The notes beneath the pieces were generated by a model. It did no database searches and was not told where the DNA came from. It saw only the letters and a program-made list of their open reading frames with translations. Both the position numbers and the translations under genes were made by a program. Shown in pieces: positions 9,461 through 17,764 of a stretch of 64,000 nt of DNA; within the stretch, counting starts at the first letter, position 1, and each line of letters begins with the position of its first letter. Location: contig DANS01000018.1 in assembly GCA_002497345.1 (NCBI GenBank), forward strand, positions 92,247 through 156,246, in the 5' to 3' direction. This stretch comes from Thermoproteus sp. UBA157. GTDB taxonomy: Archaea > Thermoproteota > Thermoprotei > Thermoproteales > Thermoproteaceae.

Positions 9461-9482
9461 TATTACATGTTTTCATGTAATA
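9461..9482. promoter_or_regulatory. Perfect inverted repeat TATTACATG-TTTT-CATGTAATA, candidate operator between divergent tusA and dsrE promoters
   Basis: Read directly. Lies between two TATA-like elements (~9448-9455 and ~9487-9493). The same core recurs at 30715-30734. Confidence 0.7.
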
Positions 9483-9512
9483 GACCATATATAGATCTTT
9501 GTGCAAGCTGGC

Positions 9513-9920
9513 ATGCCGGAGAAAATATCGATGATAGTATTCTCGGGAACCGACGACAAGCTGATACCCGTTGGAGTTATATCGCAGGCGGCTGCCGCAC
9601 TGGGTTACGAGGTCCAAGTGTTCTTCACCGGCTGGGCCATGTTCAAGTTGCTGAAGGAGCCCATGCCCGAGGTGTGGCCCAAGGAGTTCGAGCAGATGGT
9701 GCCTAAACTGAAGGAGGGGATGGCCAAGATAAAGGCGCCGACTTGGAAGGATATGCTTAAACAAGCCAAACAGATGGGCGCGAAGGTGTATGTCTGCTCC
9801 ATGATGGCCGAGGCGGCTGGCCTCAAGAAGGAGCACTTCGATCCGTCGCTGGTGGACGACGTGGTGGGGGTTACCACTTTCCTTGAAAACGCCAAGGGAG
9901 GACAGGTGCTGTTTATCTAA
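9513..9920 (+). CDS. DsrE/DsrE2-like sulfur relay protein
   Basis: IVFSGTDDK, AAALGYEVQVFFTGWA, VYVCSMM and VVGVTTFL motifs. ATG start at 9513. Confidence 0.88.
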   Translation: MPEKISMIVFSGTDDKLIPVGVISQAAAALGYEVQVFFTGWAMFKLLKEPMPEVWPKEFEQMVPKLKEGMAKIKAPTWKDMLKQAKQMGAKVYVCSMMAEAAGLKKEHFDPSLVDDVVGVTTFLENAKGGQVLFI

Positions 9921-9927
9921 CCCTTTT

Positions 9928-10977
9928 TCACGGCCCGCCCACTATTCCGGCCACCTTTGGGTAAGGCCGGGCCTCCCAGACGGCCCTCAACCCGCATAGA
10001 TATCTGGTCAATCTCTCGACTCCAATACCAAACCCCGCCGTCTGTAGCGGATACAGCTCCTTAGCCATCTGGAGGAACCATTGGTATTTCGCGGGGTCCT
10101 CCCCGCCCTCCCTTATTCTCTCCACGAGTCTCTCCGGCTCGTATTCTCTCTCGGCGCCGCTTATGGCCTCCCCGAACCCTTCGGGGTAGAGCATGTCGAA
10201 ATCTCTGAGAATTCCGCGCCTCTCGGGATCCTCTCTGTCGTAGAAGCCCCGCGCCCCCCTCGGGTAGTCGTATACGAAAAACGGCGCGTCGTGATGCGCC
10301 GACATGAGCCTCTCGCACTCCCACAACAACTCCTCCTTGGGCGGGTTCCTGCACCCGAGCTTGTTGACGAACTCCACGGCCTCCTTGTGCGTGTACCGCT
10401 TGAAAGGCCTCTGGAACTCGCGTAGCCGTCTTCCTAGCTTATCCTCGAGCTCCCTTCCATGCACGTCCTTGATGTATTTCACCACATAGCTGACGAGCTC
10501 CTCGGCCAAGTCCATGGCGTCTAGGTACGAGGCCTTGTACATCTCCACGTCTACTTGGTAGAACTCGACCAAATGCCTGCCTGTGTATATGCTGTCGTTG
10601 GGCTCTAGCCTCACGTTCGGGCTCACGAAGTATATCTTCCCCAGCGAGGCCGCCATGTATTGCTTATAAAGTATTGCCGACGACATGACCTTATACTCAG
10701 CGCCGTAGAAGTCTATCGTTGCTTGTTTCGCGCCCCTGATGCCAGGATCGGTCACGGGCCCTACTATGGGGGAGAGGACCTCCACGAAGCCTTTAGAGTC
10801 CAGAAACTCCCTTATCGCCCTCAACGCCGACGCTTGAACTCTGAAAACCAACTTGTACTTGTCCGTGACGGCCCACCTCCAGGAATATTTCACCCACTCC
10901 TCCAGTTGTTTCTTGTACTGGGCTTTATCGGCGACCATTTTTTCGAATTCCAACACGGCGGGATGAAAGCCGGGCAT
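9928..10977 (-). CDS. asnA: Archaeal asparagine synthetase A (AspRS/AsnRS catalytic-core paralog)
   Basis: SPNVRLE, RHLVEFYQVDVE, SGAERE and AGFGIGVERL motifs, with no anticodon-binding domain. Confidence 0.9.
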   Translation of the reverse strand: MPGFHPAVLEFEKMVADKAQYKKQLEEWVKYSWRWAVTDKYKLVFRVQASALRAIREFLDSKGFVEVLSPIVGPVTDPGIRGAKQATIDFYGAEYKVMSSAILYKQYMAASLGKIYFVSPNVRLEPNDSIYTGRHLVEFYQVDVEMYKASYLDAMDLAEELVSYVVKYIKDVHGRELEDKLGRRLREFQRPFKRYTHKEAVEFVNKLGCRNPPKEELLWECERLMSAHHDAPFFVYDYPRGARGFYDREDPERRGILRDFDMLYPEGFGEAISGAEREYEPERLVERIREGGEDPAKYQWFLQMAKELYPLQTAGFGIGVERLTRYLCGLRAVWEARPYPKVAGIVGGP

Positions 10978-11249
10978 AGATAGGCTTGAGCCGAGAGGGT
11001 TTTAAAATATAGCGAAATAAATTACATATAGTACCGCTGACTTATAGAAAATTATACGTGTTATAGTCGGCGATTTGGGTATAGGTACTACGTTGAACCC
11101 GAAATGTGGGAAATATATACAATGTTTGGGAGCAACTCAGATATAGCGTGGATCCGTCAGCCCGCGAGCTGTGTATAAATTACGTGAATAAGCTTGTTTC
11201 CTTGTAAAATAGCCATGATATATATATAAAGCTTGGGAAGTACCGTGTC

Positions 11250-12602
11250 ATGTTGCCGGCCAGATTGGCCGTGCTCCTGAGAGGTTTATTCTTCGCCTTG
11301 ACGGGCTATAAGGAGTTCCTCTCGGAGTATCCTGTAGGTGAGATCTCGTTCAGAGCCCTAAGAGGAAAGGACGCCGTTTATCCCTTCGGGCTGATCTCGT
11401 CATATGGAACCGCCGTGTTGGGATCTGGAATATATGTCAAGGGTTGCCCCCGCTTTAAGACGCTTGATTCCGTAGTCCTAATGCCGCCGGCCTTCACGCC
11501 GAAGAGGTTGGCCAAAGCCGCCGAGCTTCTCAGGGAGCCGAGCTTCATGGACGTGAAAACCGAGACAATCATAGGCGGCTTCCCATCGGCGTTGCCGATC
11601 GTCGTGGGCTCCATGGGCTCGACGCACATAGCCAGCAAGACGGCGTTAGCTATATCGAGAGCCGCGGCGAAGTCGGGTGTAGTCTACGGCATTGGCGAAA
11701 ACGTGGCCACGGTGAGGGGCTACTCGCGAAGGCTCACTAAGGGACATCCATCGCTCAAGGAGAGGCTTTTGGCATATCTGAGCAACATGGACAAGAAAGG
11801 GGGCGTGATAATTCAACAAAGCATCGAGGACGCATACGACGAGTTGTGGAACAAGGTTTATAGCGATAGGGACATCGAGCCGTATATAGAGGAGGGCAAA
11901 ATAGGCTTCGAGATCAAGATAGGCCAAGGCGCTAAGCCGGGATTGGGCGGCGTGATAAAGATCCCTCGAGAACAAGTAGAAAGGCTTAGGGCTAAATACA
12001 AATTCGATGAGTCCGAGCTAAGTAAAAAATACGTGACTAGATACTCTGTCCCCGGCACGTTCACCGCGGAGATACTCGCGGGGACCATTAGATTCATGAA
12101 GACGGCGTATCCAAGGGCCAAGATCTGGATAAAGCTGGGCCCCTTTAGAGACGCCCTTGACGTGATCAGAATAGCCTCCGAAGAGGGGGCCGATGCCGTT
12201 GTCATAGACGGCAAAGAGGGCGGAACAGGCATGGCGCCGACGGCCGCCATGAAGGACCTCGGCTATCCCACTCTGGTCGGCCTCAAGGTCATCAGACAAG
12301 CGCGCGAAGAGGGCCACAAGATATCTTTACTAATAGCGGGGAGGCTATACGACGGAGGTCACGTGGTGAAGTCGCTATCTCTGGGGGCCACCGCTGCGTA
12401 TATGGCGCGCCCCTTCCTCATAGCAGCGTTGGCCCGCGGCGAGAAGGGGGTCGAGAATTATGTGGAGTCGCTCAAGGTCGAGATCCAGATGTTGGTGTCG
12501 GCGTTGGGGAAGTACGATGTGGCCGACGTCGGCCCTGAGGACGTGGCGGCGCTCGATAGAGACGTGGCCGAGATGTTGAAGATAGCGTATGTGTACAGCT
12601 AG
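11250..12602 (+). CDS. FMN-binding glutamate synthase family protein (GltB2-like, no Fe-S Cys motif)
   Basis: EIKIGQGAKPGLGG, IDGKEGGTG and LSLGA motifs. The C-terminal [3Fe-4S] Cys motif is absent. Confidence 0.88.
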   Translation: MLPARLAVLLRGLFFALTGYKEFLSEYPVGEISFRALRGKDAVYPFGLISSYGTAVLGSGIYVKGCPRFKTLDSVVLMPPAFTPKRLAKAAELLREPSFMDVKTETIIGGFPSALPIVVGSMGSTHIASKTALAISRAAAKSGVVYGIGENVATVRGYSRRLTKGHPSLKERLLAYLSNMDKKGGVIIQQSIEDAYDELWNKVYSDRDIEPYIEEGKIGFEIKIGQGAKPGLGGVIKIPREQVERLRAKYKFDESELSKKYVTRYSVPGTFTAEILAGTIRFMKTAYPRAKIWIKLGPFRDALDVIRIASEEGADAVVIDGKEGGTGMAPTAAMKDLGYPTLVGLKVIRQAREEGHKISLLIAGRLYDGGHVVKSLSLGATAAYMARPFLIAALARGEKGVENYVESLKVEIQMLVSALGKYDVADVGPEDVAALDRDVAEMLKIAYVYS

Positions 12603-12901
12603 CCGAGCTTCTCGAGGTTGTCTAAAACCTCGGCATATCCTCTGCGCCTCAGCTCGTCTAGATCTCTTTTCTCGTATTTGTGCACCACGTCGCCCTTCTT
12701 AGGGTCGAAATCCCACACTGCGACTATGACGTAATCCCCGGGCTTCAGCCAGAGCCTCTTGCGGTATCGTCCGGGTATTCTGGCCACTCTCATTTCGCCG
12801 TCTTGGCAGACCACCTTAACTCTGTTGTCGCCCAACAGCTCCACCACCTTCCCCAACATCTCGCCCTCGGCGGGCACTCTGAACTCGGACATCGCCAACA
12901 C
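12599..12901 (-). CDS. eif1a: Translation initiation factor aIF-1A
   Basis: LLGDNRV.V.C.DG, RIPGRYRKRLWLKPGDYV and KGDVVHKY motifs. Confidence 0.95.
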   Translation of the reverse strand: MLAMSEFRVPAEGEMLGKVVELLGDNRVKVVCQDGEMRVARIPGRYRKRLWLKPGDYVIVAVWDFDPKKGDVVHKYEKRDLDELRRRGYAEVLDNLEKLG

Positions 12902-12919
12902 TAACTCCTCCTTTAATAA

Positions 12920-13351
12920 CTATTGCCGTCCCAGACAAGCCCCTAGCGATTTCACGAAAGACAATAGATAGCCTATGCCTCTCTGGACATCTGGGTCTTG
13001 GAGGGCCTCCAATATCCCGTAGATGCCGGCCGGCTTTCCGGCATTTGCGCGCGAGGCAGCCTCCGCAACGCAGCCAGCGCCGTTGCTCCTAATTACGGCC
13101 TCTGCGGTAGACAGAACCTCGAGAAGTCTCCCGGCCCTCTCGGCGAAATCCCTGCTCGTTATCAAGTCGGCCATCAGAGCCTTTATGGCCGCAACTCCAG
13201 AAGTCAGTAGCTCCAGAACGCCCGAGTTTTTCAGCTCGGCCAGAAAGGCGACTAGATCGCGCAATGCGTCCGCGTTCTCTAAGATGAAAGCTATGGCCTC
13301 CTGCCTCTCGGGATCTGAGAGAGCCCTAAATATGCGCTCCTCGGCGCTCAT
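12920..13351 (-). CDS. DUF1641 family protein
   Basis: C-terminal GIYGILEALQDPDVQRGIGYLLSFVKSLG signature. Confidence 0.85.
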   Translation of the reverse strand: MSAEERIFRALSDPERQEAIAFILENADALRDLVAFLAELKNSGVLELLTSGVAAIKALMADLITSRDFAERAGRLLEVLSTAEAVIRSNGAGCVAEAASRANAGKPAGIYGILEALQDPDVQRGIGYLLSFVKSLGACLGRQ

Positions 13352-13415
13352 GAACTCAAGCCGGGGGCTCTATTTAAATAACACTTCGCGAACGGGCTTA
13401 ATTGCGATGGCACAA

Positions 13416-13742
13416 CTAACAGCTCAACGGCCGCGAAGTCCCAGCTATTTTGCAGAGACCGTCGGCAGGTCCAGACGGGAATAAACGGTAGAGATCCTCG
13501 AAGGTGATGCCTAAATCCCGCAACAGCCTCTTGATGTGGGGGCACTCGCCGTGGGCCTCCCAATACGATCTAACATAGCGGATTAAACGCCAGTGTTCTT
13601 CGGTCAGTGTAAGGCCTTCGACGTTTTCGGCGATCCAGATCGCGACGTCTTCGCTCCAAGTGCTCGGATCGGCGAGGAAGCAATCCTCGTCCAGCTCGAC
13701 CTCCCTATCGCCTACTACGTACTTGCCCGGGCACTTGATCAT
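13416..13742 (-). CDS. dsrC: DsrC/TusE family sulfur carrier protein
   Basis: LDEDCFL, LTEEHW, LYRLFPSGP, CKIAG and a terminal Cys. Start trimmed to ATG at 13742 (ATGA overlap with the upstream gene). Confidence 0.9.
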   Translation of the reverse strand: MIKCPGKYVVGDREVELDEDCFLADPSTWSEDVAIWIAENVEGLTLTEEHWRLIRYVRSYWEAHGECPHIKRLLRDLGITFEDLYRLFPSGPADGLCKIAGTSRPLSC

Positions 13743-14299
13743 ACGTACTCCCGCGTCGAGATGGCCTTCCCGCACTCTCTCAGGCACTCGTCCCCTATTA
13801 ACCCTACTAGGGCCTCGAACGCCCTTCTGAACAACTTGTTGAGCAAGCTCCTGTAGCCGTGAACTGTTAGATCGCCGGCTAAATACCTCGTATATAGCGA
13901 ATACGACATCATGACAACGTCGTTAATCGGCATGCCGGCTTTGTAGTTCCTCACGAGCAGCTCGGCGAGGGCCATGATCTCGTCGTCTGTGAAGTCCTTG
14001 AGGCCCCACCTATCCCTGAGCTTGTCCAGGACAAGACGCGCGTTGACGGCCCCTCGAGATAACAACAAAAGAATGCCCTTGGGCAAGACGTAGTACAACT
14101 TCCTTCCGTTGCCCGGCTCGCAGAAATAGGCGACGAGCTCCTCTTGTTCGAAACGCTCGACCTTCTTGTAGACGTAGGAAAAATGCATTCTATTCTCAAC
14201 GGCTATTCTATATGCCGTTGTCGGCTCGTTTAGGAGTATGCTGGCTAAGATCATCAGCTCCTTTTCGTCGAGCTGCACGTCCAACTTGGGCAAACTCAC
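13739..14299 (-). CDS. Winged-helix DNA-binding protein, putative transcriptional regulator
   Basis: TAYRIA...FSYVYKKVERF...GRKLYYVLPKG wHTH pattern. Confidence 0.7.
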   Translation of the reverse strand: MSLPKLDVQLDEKELMILASILLNEPTTAYRIAVENRMHFSYVYKKVERFEQEELVAYFCEPGNGRKLYYVLPKGILLLLSRGAVNARLVLDKLRDRWGLKDFTDDEIMALAELLVRNYKAGMPINDVVMMSYSLYTRYLAGDLTVHGYRSLLNKLFRRAFEALVGLIGDECLRECGKAISTREYV

Positions 14300-14748
14300 G
14301 AGCTCTCGATGAATTCCCTAAGGACAGCCGCAGCGGACGTATAGGCGCCGACGTCCATATCGACAATCCAAGAACAACAGAGCCTTATGCCGGACCACTC
14401 GGTCATATACACCGCGTCCTCGTAGATGCCCAGAACTACGTATTTCCTCGCGTCCTCGTAGAGCTCCACGTAGGGGGGTTTTAAGGTCCTCAGAGGCCTC
14501 TGCTCCACGATTCTGGGGTAGGCTAATGTCTTAATCGCTTCTGACACGGCCCCGATCTCCCGGCACTTGTAGCCGTTCTCGGCCTTGAGTACCGCCTTGA
14601 GTCCGCTTAAGTATAGGTCATCGGATAGTTGTAGGTCGAGCGTAGCCGGATCGCACGGAGCGCCCTCCACCTCGACGGCCTCTCTGAGTTTTTCCAAAAC
14701 TCGCCGCAACGGGATAAACACGAAGGCGTCCCGGCCTGGATTAAGCAC
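14296..14748 (-). CDS. Hypothetical protein, 150 aa
   Basis: ORF overlaps both neighbours by a few bases. No family recognised. Confidence 0.65.
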   Translation of the reverse strand: MLNPGRDAFVFIPLRRVLEKLREAVEVEGAPCDPATLDLQLSDDLYLSGLKAVLKAENGYKCREIGAVSEAIKTLAYPRIVEQRPLRTLKPPYVELYEDARKYVVLGIYEDAVYMTEWSGIRLCCSWIVDMDVGAYTSAAAVLREFIESS

Positions 14749-17167
14749 TCCTCCCCCTCCTCCTCAGGTATATGACAATGCCGGCGATTACTATTAGCGC
14801 CGCTGCTGCGAGGGGGCCTACCTCCAATAAATTCAGCGAGGACCTCACGGCGATTGGTATCTGCACAGTCTCGATCACGGGCGTCAAGGCGCCCGTCTCG
14901 TTCCACTCTAGCACGAGCGTGGCGTAGTAGATCCCGTCAGGCACGTTGCTTGAGACGTCTATGAGATACGTCGTGGTGACGTTTTGGCCGGGGTATATAT
15001 CGCCCAAGAACCTCATGCTCGACTGGAGCAAGTTGGCGGTCGGGGTGGCCGAGCTAGGTGTATGTATCTGGAAGACTTGATTCGGCGTCCACTGAAGGGT
15101 CACCATCTTGGCGGGCACGGGCCCAGCGTTCTCGATAGTGATGGTCACGACGGCCGTCGAGCCGGGATGGGCGTTGGAGACGCTGTATGCGACCTTGAGA
15201 TCGGCCTTAGGCAACACCGTAATCGACGAGGTGGCCGACGCGGATCCGCCGAGCCAAGAGACCTTTATGGCGAAGTTCTGCGCTCCTGGAGCAAGCGCGC
15301 TGGCGTTGATGAGGAAGGGCACCTGCACCGGTTGCCCCGGCGGCAATACGCCGATATTTATCGTCGAGTTGCCGACCACGGGCACTCCTGATATGGACAC
15401 GACCACGTCGCGGGCTGGGACAAGCCCCGTGTTGAGGATGTAGGCCACGGCCTTGATGAACGGCAATAATCCGCCCGCGATTATCGTCGGAGGCTCTACG
15501 GCTATGTTCTGGACTACCACCGAAGCGGGCTCGACGTGTATATACACAACTCTGGTGGTCCCGCCGACGGATACATATACGGGATAATCGCCCGGCTGGA
15601 CGTCGTCTGGCACCTTGATCACGGACATCAAGGTGATCGGGTTGCCAGAGGGCAACAGCGGCAAGTAGTAGGACGAACCCTCGAGCACTTGGAAGGGCGC
15701 GCTCACGTTGACGTTCACGCCCCTCAGCTGGGCATCACTCGATAGGACTATGTTCAACGTGACGATGCTGCCAGGATAGGCGACGGGCGGGTTGGCCGTC
15801 ACGGCCACTCCCAAGTCGCTCTGCTTGACGTCCAGATAGTAGGTGAAGTTGTAGCCGCCCGCGTTTATGACCAAGGGGTATCTGCCCGGCGATATGTCGC
15901 TCGGCACTTGCACCAACGTCGTCAACGTCACGGGAGAGCCCGGGGCTAAGCCGGGGAGGCTAAACGAGGAGCCCTCGAGTACTGCTAAGTCGTTGGAGCT
16001 AACGGCCACTTTGAGGGGTCCCATGGGCTGGTTCGTGGATAGGGCAATGGTGAGCTGGACGATCGAACCGGGGTAGGCCCACGGCGGGTTCTGCGCTACG
16101 TTTATGGCCAAGCTAGGAGCTGGGATATACAAGCTGGCGTTTTCCACCGTGCATATCCCCGAGAAGTAGCATATCTCAAACGACGCGGTGATCGCGCCGT
16201 ATTTATTGATAATAACCTCAAGCGGTATCTGTATCGAGCTCAAGACCGGCAACTTTATCGGCCTAGATATGAACGCCACGTCGCTTGTGTTGAGGGGTAC
16301 GATGGTGACGTTGGTCGGCTGCGCCAGCCCGCCGGCCGATACGGCGAGGAGCATAGTGCTGGGCTGTCCGGGCACCACGGGCCCTTGAGGTATCAAGCCT
16401 ACGTTGAAGCCGATCGGCGTAGTCACCAACGCTGTGAAGTTCTTCGAGAAGGATACTGTATAGTTGTCGGCTGTGTCCAAATATGTAACGTTGACATAAG
16501 CTGTGTAGCTGCCGGGCGCGAGGCCGCTTTTGACCTGCGCCGGTATGAAACACGTGGAGTTGGAGCTCGGCGGAATGTAGGTCCGACAAGTCAAGGAGGC
16601 GTTGGAGAACTGCGCGAACGGCCCGCCCGTCAACGTAACAGTAGCCTTAATGAGATCGGCCGTCGGGTTCACGAGCAACACAGGCACTTGCAACACCTCG
16701 CCCGGCACTAGAGGCCCCCTCACTATAGGATAGGCCAATGCGCCGTAATCTATCGGATACACCACTACGTTGTACGTGGCGCTCTCGAATTGGTAGTTGT
16801 TCGCCGGGTTCACCAAACTGACGGTCACCCCGTAGTCGCCTGGGGCTAGGCCGAACGGCACTTTGACCACGGCGGTTAACGTAACAGGGGATCCGGGGAC
16901 CAAGCCGGCCAGCTTGTACAAACCGCCGGTCAGCACCGCCAAGCTGGACGAGGATATCTGGACGTTAACAGGGCCCACGGGCGAGGTCGTCGTGAGCACC
17001 ACGCTTAGTTGTACCACGCCGCCCGGGCGGACCACCGGCGGATTTTGCAAAACGGTGATTCCTATATACGGGGATTGGGGTTGTTGCAGCGTCTGCGGCA
17101 CTACGACTTGCGGGTAGGCCAACGCCGCTAACGCAGTTATTAACAATAACGTTTCTACTGTCCTCAT
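14741..17167 (-). CDS. Secreted, C-terminally anchored surface protein with Ig-like repeats (COG1361 / S-layer-domain-like)
   Basis: N-terminal signal peptide; repeated NPPxxxPGxxVxL...PVTL..V.VP...PGxY units; C-terminal TM helix plus basic tail (YLRRRGRSA). Confidence 0.8.
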   Translation of the reverse strand: MRTVETLLLITALAALAYPQVVVPQTLQQPQSPYIGITVLQNPPVVRPGGVVQLSVVLTTTSPVGPVNVQISSSSLAVLTGGLYKLAGLVPGSPVTLTAVVKVPFGLAPGDYGVTVSLVNPANNYQFESATYNVVVYPIDYGALAYPIVRGPLVPGEVLQVPVLLVNPTADLIKATVTLTGGPFAQFSNASLTCRTYIPPSSNSTCFIPAQVKSGLAPGSYTAYVNVTYLDTADNYTVSFSKNFTALVTTPIGFNVGLIPQGPVVPGQPSTMLLAVSAGGLAQPTNVTIVPLNTSDVAFISRPIKLPVLSSIQIPLEVIINKYGAITASFEICYFSGICTVENASLYIPAPSLAINVAQNPPWAYPGSIVQLTIALSTNQPMGPLKVAVSSNDLAVLEGSSFSLPGLAPGSPVTLTTLVQVPSDISPGRYPLVINAGGYNFTYYLDVKQSDLGVAVTANPPVAYPGSIVTLNIVLSSDAQLRGVNVNVSAPFQVLEGSSYYLPLLPSGNPITLMSVIKVPDDVQPGDYPVYVSVGGTTRVVYIHVEPASVVVQNIAVEPPTIIAGGLLPFIKAVAYILNTGLVPARDVVVSISGVPVVGNSTINIGVLPPGQPVQVPFLINASALAPGAQNFAIKVSWLGGSASATSSITVLPKADLKVAYSVSNAHPGSTAVVTITIENAGPVPAKMVTLQWTPNQVFQIHTPSSATPTANLLQSSMRFLGDIYPGQNVTTTYLIDVSSNVPDGIYYATLVLEWNETGALTPVIETVQIPIAVRSSLNLLEVGPLAAAALIVIAGIVIYLRRRGRSA

Positions 17168-17198
17168 GCAAGTTTAGATATATCGAAATATATAAGCT

Positions 17199-17666
17199 TT
17201 ACTGAAGCCTTTTGGAGATCTTGTTCGAGAACTCCTCGAGAACGCGGCGTAGTTCCCTCAGCTTCTCCATATCCGCGCTCTCTATTTCGTCGAATATCTC
17301 CGAGAGGAACCTCACCTCCTCGATAATCGAGGAGAGGATGTCCTCCCCCTCCTCTTCGCCGTGTTGGAGATAAGATATAAGCTGGGCGAACGCTTGATCT
17401 TTGAAATAACTATTGAGGAGCTTGCGCCCCTCCTCGGTTATTTTGTATATCCTCTTTAGCTTCTTACCGACATAATGCTCCTCCGAGGTTATATACCCCT
17501 CCTCCTCGAGGAACTTAAGGAGGGGATATATGGTCCCCGGCGATGGCTTTATCTTGCCCTTGAAGAATCCCTCTATCGTTTTGATCATCTCGTAACCGCT
17601 CATGGGTCCCGACGAGAGGAGGTACAACACTATCGCCTTGTAGTACCCGCGCCATTTAACGCTCAT
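17199..17666 (-). CDS. PadR family transcriptional regulator
   Basis: PMSGYEM, PSPGTIYPLL and KRIYKITEEG motifs. Confidence 0.92.
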   Translation of the reverse strand: MSVKWRGYYKAIVLYLLSSGPMSGYEMIKTIEGFFKGKIKPSPGTIYPLLKFLEEEGYITSEEHYVGKKLKRIYKITEEGRKLLNSYFKDQAFAQLISYLQHGEEEGEDILSSIIEEVRFLSEIFDEIESADMEKLRELRRVLEEFSNKISKRLQ

Positions 17667-17764
17667 CGGTTTACAAAGTTTAATGAAATAAAAATCTAGC
17701 CCCCAGCGGGTCGGCTAACATATATATGATGGGAATGTTTTTATATAGACTACATTGAGACGTC

